Shown: one piece after another, positions 59,873 to 64,000 of the stretch
Layout: the number at the start of each line of letters is the position of its first letter
Position numbering within the stretch: the stretch's first letter is position 1
From: a virus
Length of the DNA: 64,000 nucleotides
Virus record (IMG/VR): IMGVR_UViG_3300028197_001221
Location: 61,942-125,941 of that record
Direction: 5' to 3' (one strand)
Program-made: the position numbers and the translations under genes
Notes under the pieces: model-generated
Database searches by the model: none
What the model saw: only the letters and a program-made list of their open reading frames with translations
What the model was told of the DNA's origin: nothing

Positions 59873-60587
59873 AAGATATCTTTCTCCATTGTGTACCATC
59901 AAAGAGTTTTAAACACTTGGATGTAGAATCATAAACAATGGAGCCTTCAGTATTCTTTGGCTTTTTAGAAGATTTAAGAGTGAGCTGTGTAAGTGATAAA
60001 GAAGTTATCTTTTTAAATATATCTTTTAGTGATATAGAAACGAGTCCTTCTTTTAACCTGCCTACTAAAGACTCAGCCTCAACATGTAGGGGCGATACAA
60101 TAGCGTCATTCTGACAAACAGGAATAACATGAGAGTCTATCAATATATCTCTTACATTTTGTGGATATACAGATACAAGCATAAATGTAGTATGTTCAGT
60201 AACATCTTCAGTCAATGCTTGCTGTGGAGTTGTTACGTGAGTTACTTCTCCGTCAGAGGGCGACCATTGCATTGGCTGCGCTCTAACAAACAATATGTCT
60301 TCACCTACTTTCTCTAAGTAACCCATTCCAGATTCACCTAGAGATAATTTTTCACCACCGTCATATCTTTCTAAGATATAAAAGAATTTATCGTTATCAG
60401 TATTAAATTGATCAGTAACAGAAGACAATTCATCAGCTCTGGCGAATTGTATTTTAAGTGGGGGAAATATATCAAAAGCTATTTTAGATTTATCGAGCTT
60501 AAAACGTATATGGTCTTTAGTGGATACAAGCACATCAGCAGTCTGGTTGGTCTGTACCTTCAGCTTCCTGTCTACTATTTTGTTCAT
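59850..60587 (-). CDS. Hypothetical protein with a C-terminal fibre-type motif
   Basis: Ends in EGSIVYDSTSKCLKLFDGTQW. Confidence 0.65.
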   Translation of the reverse strand: MNKIVDRKLKVQTNQTADVLVSTKDHIRFKLDKSKIAFDIFPPLKIQFARADELSSVTDQFNTDNDKFFYILERYDGGEKLSLGESGMGYLEKVGEDILFVRAQPMQWSPSDGEVTHVTTPQQALTEDVTEHTTFMLVSVYPQNVRDILIDSHVIPVCQNDAIVSPLHVEAESLVGRLKEGLVSISLKDIFKKITSLSLTQLTLKSSKKPKNTEGSIVYDSTSKCLKLFDGTQWRKISYEDTQES

Positions 60588-60702
60588 CTAATAGTTCTCC
60601 TAGAGATTTGTCCTTTATTTGTAAGTCCCTCTGTACGTCTTCTTGTAATTCAGCAGACGCTTTACAATGCAATTGACATTCTAATTGTTTTGAATCTTTC
60701 AT
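60535..60702 (-). CDS. Small hypothetical protein (first late gene)
   Basis: AAAGGG RBS-like sequence before the ATG at 60702, downstream of a GTGTATT motif. Confidence 0.5.
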   Translation of the reverse strand: MKDSKQLECQLHCKASAELQEDVQRDLQIKDKSLGELLDEQNSRQEAEGTDQPDC

Positions 60703-60727
60703 ATTATAGCCCTTTCTATCAGTATAA

Positions 60728-60734
60728 TACACAC
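60728..60734 (-). promoter_or_regulatory. Putative late promoter GTGTATT at the head of the late region
   Basis: TTTGGT-GTGTATT-ATATAC. Confidence 0.6.
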
Positions 60735-60825
60735 CAAACCATAATAATTGCAACTAACAGGGGCTGACCGAAGAGGATTGGGTAATACATTTACATTTAA
60801 AATTTTTATTGTTTATGAACCACCC

Positions 60826-60841
60826 AGCATTTTTCATGCCA
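60826..60841 (-). promoter_or_regulatory. Sigma54 (-24/-12) promoter candidate
   Basis: TGGCATGAAAAATGCT = GG-N10-GC. Confidence 0.55.
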
Positions 60842-60870
60842 AAACGGGGCGAGAAGTTTAGGTACTAAAA

Positions 60871-60932
60871 GTACACCCCTTTTAATGGGGGTGAATGGGT
60901 TGACCAAAAAACCCCCCGAAATAGGGGGAGGT
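60871..60932 (-). repeat. Double-hairpin cassette, inverted copy
   Basis: Reverse complement ACCTCCCCCTATTTCGGGGGGTTTT...ACCCCCATTAAAAGGGGTGTAC aligns with the copies at 62243 and 63748. Confidence 0.65.
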
Positions 60933-61009
60933 CTCTTTTTGTAGGAATACATAGGGGTATCATTTTGAGAAAATACATGCCGGTATATACTGTACAAATG
61001 TACCCCCTG

Positions 61010-61052
61010 TTGCATTTTGCATTGCATTTTGCACATATCGTAGCATTTTGCA
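61010..61052. repeat. Three direct repeats of GCATTTTGCA
   Basis: TTGCATTTTGCA x2 in tandem plus TAGCATTTTGCA. Confidence 0.9.
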
Positions 61053-61116
61053 TACACGGTCTTATAATGAGAATACAAATATCCCTATATTTATAGGGTT
61101 AAAATAATATCATGAA

Positions 61117-61132
61117 TGGCACAGTAGTTGCA
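61117..61132 (+). promoter_or_regulatory. Sigma54 (-24/-12) promoter
   Basis: TGGCACAGTAGTTGCA, near-perfect TGGCAC-N5-TTGCA, about 47 bp upstream of the first plus-strand gene. Confidence 0.75.
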
Positions 61133-61179
61133 CTATATATATAGTATAAGAAACAATTAACTCTATAAGGAAAATTACA

Positions 61180-61356
61180 ATGTCAAACAACTTTGAAATC
61201 GTTTACTCTTCAGATTGCTGTGGTGCTAACGTACATTCTGACGCTGACCTTTGCCCTACTTGCTTTGAGCATTGTGAGGTTATTGAGGAACGTGTTGATT
61301 ATGACTGTTCAGAAGCTGTACACGCCGCTCAGGGATTAGACTATTTTTCCGCTTGA
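61180..61356 (+). CDS. 58-aa zinc-ribbon protein
   Basis: SDCCGA...LCPTCFEHC; AAGGA RBS; below the ORF-track size cutoff. Confidence 0.8.
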   Translation: MSNNFEIVYSSDCCGANVHSDADLCPTCFEHCEVIEERVDYDCSEAVHAAQGLDYFSA

Positions 61357-61389
61357 CTCATTAAAGTTTATACTGTACAATGTCGATAT
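61353..61389 (+). promoter_or_regulatory. Overlapping sigma70 and sigma28-like promoters
   Basis: TTGACT-N17-TACAAT (61353-61381) and TAAA-N16-GTCGATAT (61362-61389). Confidence 0.65.
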
Positions 61390-61411
61390 ACTTAATAAGG
61401 AGACAACAACA

Positions 61412-61549
61412 ATGACTTACAATTTTGAATACTTCCAAGAATTAGAATCATACGAAGCCCAAGAAGAATACAATATTTGGCTTGACGAGCAAGACGACGA
61501 TATGGTAAGATTGCATGAATCAGAGATGTCCCCAGAGGTAGTAGAATAA
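61412..61549 (+). CDS. 45-aa acidic protein
   Basis: MTYNFEYFQELESYEAQEEYNIWLDEQDDD...; AAGGAG RBS. Confidence 0.75.
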   Translation: MTYNFEYFQELESYEAQEEYNIWLDEQDDDMVRLHESEMSPEVVE

Positions 61550-61707
61550 TGAATGAATACATGGTAACAAGTTTGTATGATGTGCTTGACAGATTCGATA
61601 CACCTAAATTGCAAATGTACTTGTTATGCTGTCAGGAAGAAAAAGAGTTTGACGGTGTACGTGTAGCCGCTAACATTTTACGAATGAGGTTTATAAATGA
61701 AAATTAA
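61549..61707 (+). CDS. 52-aa hypothetical protein
   Basis: TAATG coupling, GAGGT RBS. Confidence 0.65.
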   Translation: MNEYMVTSLYDVLDRFDTPKLQMYLLCCQEEKEFDGVRVAANILRMRFINEN

Positions 61708-61789
61708 TATTGACAGTGATATGTTAAGTGTTATAATATTCTTAGTTGTTACGGTTGTTATGGTATTTATTGAAAGAGGGCTAATCTAA
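61697..61789 (+). CDS. 30-aa membrane peptide MKINIDSDMLSVIIFLVVTVVMVFIERGLI
   Basis: GAGGT RBS, hydrophobic stretch, TAATG coupling to the next gene. Confidence 0.6.
   Translation: MKINIDSDMLSVIIFLVVTVVMVFIERGLI
61710..61737 (+). promoter_or_regulatory. Sigma70 promoter candidate
   Basis: TTGACA-N16-TATAAT with TG extended -10. Confidence 0.55.
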
Positions 61790-61995
61790 TGAGTATTTTT
61801 GATCGACCTGATTTTGACGAGATGTTTCACAATGCGATTTATAATAGTCGCACTGATGAGGTAGACGCTGACATTATCGCAGCGGCTGACGTTGAGCTTG
61901 ATGATTGGGATGATGACTATCAGCCTACATTGTATGATGAGGCACAGGATTTGTATGGTGGCGATGATTACATTGAACAATGGGAGGTAGAATAA
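61789..61995 (+). CDS. 68-aa extremely acidic protein
   Basis: About 23 Asp/Glu versus 2 Arg. Confidence 0.75.
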   Translation: MSIFDRPDFDEMFHNAIYNSRTDEVDADIIAAADVELDDWDDDYQPTLYDEAQDLYGGDDYIEQWEVE

Positions 61996-62183
61996 TGGGA
62001 TTAATTGATTTGAATATTCAGTCTATCGTGATAGGATACGTGGTAGGCGTTGCGTTGATGTGGTCAATTTGTGAAACGTTGTATGGAGACAACAATGAAA
62101 CAAGAGCAGAAAAGGATTCTGAAAATATTCGCCCTCGCTATGATCGCAGGTATCATATGCTGTACGGTGATTCACCTGAATGA
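61995..62183 (+). CDS. Small membrane protein
   Basis: GGAGG RBS, TAATG coupling, hydrophobic N-terminal half. Confidence 0.6.
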   Translation: MGLIDLNIQSIVIGYVVGVALMWSICETLYGDNNETRAEKDSENIRPRYDRRYHMLYGDSPE

Positions 62184-62238
62184 ATGTACAGTAGTTCAGC
62201 CATGCTTCGATCTACCTGCACTATTGCCAGTAGAATAA
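62095..62238 (+). CDS. 47-aa membrane/secreted peptide MKQEQKRILKIFALAMIAGIICC...
   Basis: GGAG RBS, basic N-terminus followed by a hydrophobic segment. Confidence 0.6.
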   Translation: MKQEQKRILKIFALAMIAGIICCTVIHLNECTVVQPCFDLPALLPVE

Positions 62239-62242
62239 GCAG

Positions 62243-62300
62243 AAGCCCCCCGAAAGGGGGGTTTCCCGGCCCGCCCAAAAACCCTCAATTAGAGGGGTAT
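62243..62300 (+). repeat. Double-hairpin cassette (terminator-like first stem)
   Basis: GCCCCCC-GAAA-GGGGGGT-TTC...GGCCCGCC..AAAAACCC...GAGGGGT. Confidence 0.8.
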
Positions 62301-62320
62301 ATAAATAATATAGTATTACC

Positions 62321-62348
62321 TAAAGTAATCCGGTAGGGATGCCGATAT
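62321..62348 (+). promoter_or_regulatory. Sigma28 (FliA/WhiG/SigD)-like promoter
   Basis: TAAA-N16-GCCGATAT. Confidence 0.7.
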
Positions 62349-62373
62349 ATATACTATAGAAAGAAGGTGATGT

Positions 62374-62550
62374 ATGTTGACAATCGTTACACTATTAAGT
62401 ATGTTCGCAGGGTATGAAGGATACAACGACGATAAGGTGTACATAGGTATATATACTCCCACTTGTGAATATGGGTGGGTTATAAAAAAAGATAAAATAT
62501 ACCTTGACAGCGTATATGTAAAAGACTATAATGTAAAACATAAGGAGTAA
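62374..62550 (+). CDS. 58-aa hypothetical protein
   Basis: AAGGTG RBS; MLTIVTLLSMFAGYEGY... Confidence 0.6.
   Translation: MLTIVTLLSMFAGYEGYNDDKVYIGIYTPTCEYGWVIKKDKIYLDSVYVKDYNVKHKE
62504..62532 (+). promoter_or_regulatory. Consensus sigma70 promoter
   Basis: TTGACA-N17-TATAAT, A-rich upstream, 23 bp before the next ATG with an AAGGAG RBS. Confidence 0.85.
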
Positions 62551-62555
62551 CACAA

Positions 62556-62681
62556 ATGTTTACAGAACAAGAAAAACTAGAAATCACTATTGACGGCCTA
62601 CGAAATGGTGATATATTTATGCAAGATGGAATACCAGTTGACGAATACGGCGACCCTATATTTGAGGAGGATCAGGAATGA
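62556..62681 (+). CDS. 41-aa acidic protein
   Basis: AAGGAG RBS; MFTEQEKLEITIDG... Confidence 0.7.
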   Translation: MFTEQEKLEITIDGLRNGDIFMQDGIPVDEYGDPIFEEDQE

Positions 62682-62845
62682 GTAATAATAACTGTGTTGT
62701 ATATCCAAGAAAAAACGTATGGGTTGTAATTGACCTGCAAGGAAATAAGATTGGCGAAGTTGGGGCAATGACAGAAATCGAGGCTAGACAAAAGGTAGCC
62801 GATCATGTTATAATCCCTTTCACACTTTCACACATTGAGGAATAA
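62678..62845 (+). CDS. 55-aa hypothetical protein
   Basis: ATGA overlap, GGAGG RBS. Confidence 0.65.
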   Translation: MSNNNCVVYPRKNVWVVIDLQGNKIGEVGAMTEIEARQKVADHVIIPFTLSHIEE

Positions 62846-62846
62846 A

Positions 62847-63191
62847 ATGCAAGCTAAAGCAAACCCACTGCGATTAATTGAAACACGTTTTGAATTAGAA
62901 AATATGGGAACGGGAAAATATGTTAAACGATACTTTTTTGCTAATGGGCTTGGTGCTAGTGTGGTATGTCACAAGGGCAGTTACGGAGGGGATTCGGGCC
63001 ACTTTGAAGTAGCGGTACTGCAATATCCTATAGGAACCACAGCAGAAAATACTTGTGAGATTGTATATGAAGAGCCAATCAATGATCATCTTGGGATCGT
63101 TGATGTGGCAGGATGGCTTGACTTTTTTGAAGTTGCTGATATACTACAGAAAATAAGAAACTTTGACACAGGAGAATATACCTATGAATAA
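62847..63191 (+). CDS. Conserved phage early protein (F.NG.GASV...SYGG family)
   Basis: YFFANGLGASVVCHKGSYGG...FEVAVL; GAGGA RBS before the ATG at 62847. Confidence 0.75.
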   Translation: MQAKANPLRLIETRFELENMGTGKYVKRYFFANGLGASVVCHKGSYGGDSGHFEVAVLQYPIGTTAENTCEIVYEEPINDHLGIVDVAGWLDFFEVADILQKIRNFDTGEYTYE

Positions 63192-63501
63192 AAATGAATA
63201 CAATGGTTGGTTCAACTATGAAACTTGGTTGGTGAATCTGTGGATGGACAATGACCAAGGGTCACAGGAGATGTGGCGAGAACATGCTAGAGAATCTATT
63301 GATGCAGACGAAGGTTGTAATTGGTTCTACTTTGAGGAAAGACTAAAAGAATACCTTGACATGCTCATCGAAGATATGGATAATGGCATAGCGTCTGGAT
63401 TGGCTCATGATCTTATTGGTGCTGCTATTTCAGAAGTAAACACTAGAGAAATATCAATGTCGTGGATTGAAAACGAACTCGAAAACGCAGAGGTAGAATG
63501 A
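63184..63501 (+). CDS. Conserved phage early protein (YNGW.NYETW family)
   Basis: YNGWFNYETWLVNLWMDND; AGGAG RBS before the ATG at 63184. Confidence 0.78.
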   Translation: MNKNEYNGWFNYETWLVNLWMDNDQGSQEMWREHARESIDADEGCNWFYFEERLKEYLDMLIEDMDNGIASGLAHDLIGAAISEVNTREISMSWIENELENAEVE

Positions 63502-63761
63502 TGAACGGATACGAACTACTAGAACAACTGAAAAAGGATGTTAAGGAATGTTTCACCGTGCCAAACGATTGGCTACCTGAAGAGTTCCGCGACAATAGGA
63601 GCGACAGCGTTTCACTCGCAGACGTAGAACGAAAGTGTGACGCACGGGACAGATGTACACTATCAAGTTTTGAAGAAGAAGCTATTGAACGTGCGAAGCG
63701 TGTACAGGCGTACAGGTCGCAAAACGACAGAGGATTGGAAATCACGTACCTCCCTCGATAG
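63498..63761 (+). CDS. Hypothetical protein
   Basis: 87 aa, ATGA overlap. Confidence 0.7.
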   Translation: MMNGYELLEQLKKDVKECFTVPNDWLPEEFRDNRSDSVSLADVERKCDARDRCTLSSFEEEAIERAKRVQAYRSQNDRGLEITYLPR

Positions 63762-63807
63762 GGGGGTTTCGTGGCCCGCCTAAAAACCCCACCAATGAGG
63801 GGTGTAT
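63748..63807 (+). repeat. Double-hairpin cassette
   Basis: ACCTCCCTCGATAGGGGGGTTTC...GGCCCGCC.AAAAACCCC...GAGGGGTGTAT. Confidence 0.8.
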
Positions 63808-63853
63808 CACCTGACCCGTCAGGGTCACATATAATAAAATAGCCAGCAATTCC

Positions 63854-63892
63854 TAAAGTTTTATTTGACATAATGACGATATATGTTATAGT
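63854..63892 (+). promoter_or_regulatory. Overlapping sigma28-like and sigma70 promoters
   Basis: TAAA-N17-GACGATAT (63854-63882) and TTGACA-N16-TATAGT (63865-63892). Confidence 0.6.
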
Positions 63893-63910
63893 AGAGAGAA
63901 GGAGATAATA

Positions 63911-64000
63911 ATGAAAAAAGTATATCAGGAAATAATGATGTCGTTCTATATAGAAGATGAGAAAGATATAGACGAAGTATTATTTGAGATGGAAGTTGAC
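63911..64000 (+). CDS. Hypothetical protein, truncated at the window edge
   Basis: AAGGAG RBS, MKKVYQEIMMSFYIEDE... Confidence 0.65.
   Translation, partial: MKKVYQEIMMSFYIEDEKDIDEVLFEMEVD

Noticed and set aside
60806-61078. Minus-strand ORFs 60806..61078 and 60865..61053
   Set aside because: They run through hairpins and GCATTTTGCA repeats (giving CKMQ/NAKC repeats) with no RBS; the region looks regulatory
1-64000. tRNA genes, alternative genetic code, integrase or transposase
   Set aside because: No cloverleaf recognised by eye (tRNAscan not run); standard-code ORFs tile densely using all three stop codons; no recombinase motifs seen

Overview
This is a 64-kb segment of a large tailed dsDNA phage (siphovirus-like: long TP901-type tape measure protein, no sheath seen). 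Positions 1-60.7 kb form one minus-strand late/morphogenesis region. In transcription order it holds a phage sigma factor, a candidate small terminase, sulfotransferase, GDP-mannose 4,6-dehydratase, HNH, ERCC4 nuclease, ClpP, large terminase, portal, protease/scaffold, decoration protein and major capsid. About 33 kb of giant fibre/decoration genes follow, then head-tail connectors, tail tube, probable chaperones and a tape measure gene that runs off the left edge. After a strand switch at about 60.8-61.1 kb come small, tightly packed plus-strand early-type genes. Highlights: (1) a PD-(D/E)XK nuclease-like cargo inside the tape measure protein, bracketed by a duplicated AxGG/DTVPAMLTPGEFV module; (2) a layered promoter system: divergent sigma54 sites, repeated sigma28-like and sigma70 sites, and a GTGTAT[AT] late motif matching a phage-encoded sigma; (3) a repeated double-hairpin cassette in front of these promoters; (4) sugar and sulfation enzymes in the packaging operon together with Ser-Gly-rich and poly-Thr virion proteins, suggesting a glycosylated virion; (5) RNA structures around the tail-tube cassette. 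All calls were made by eye from motifs and synteny; no database searches were run.
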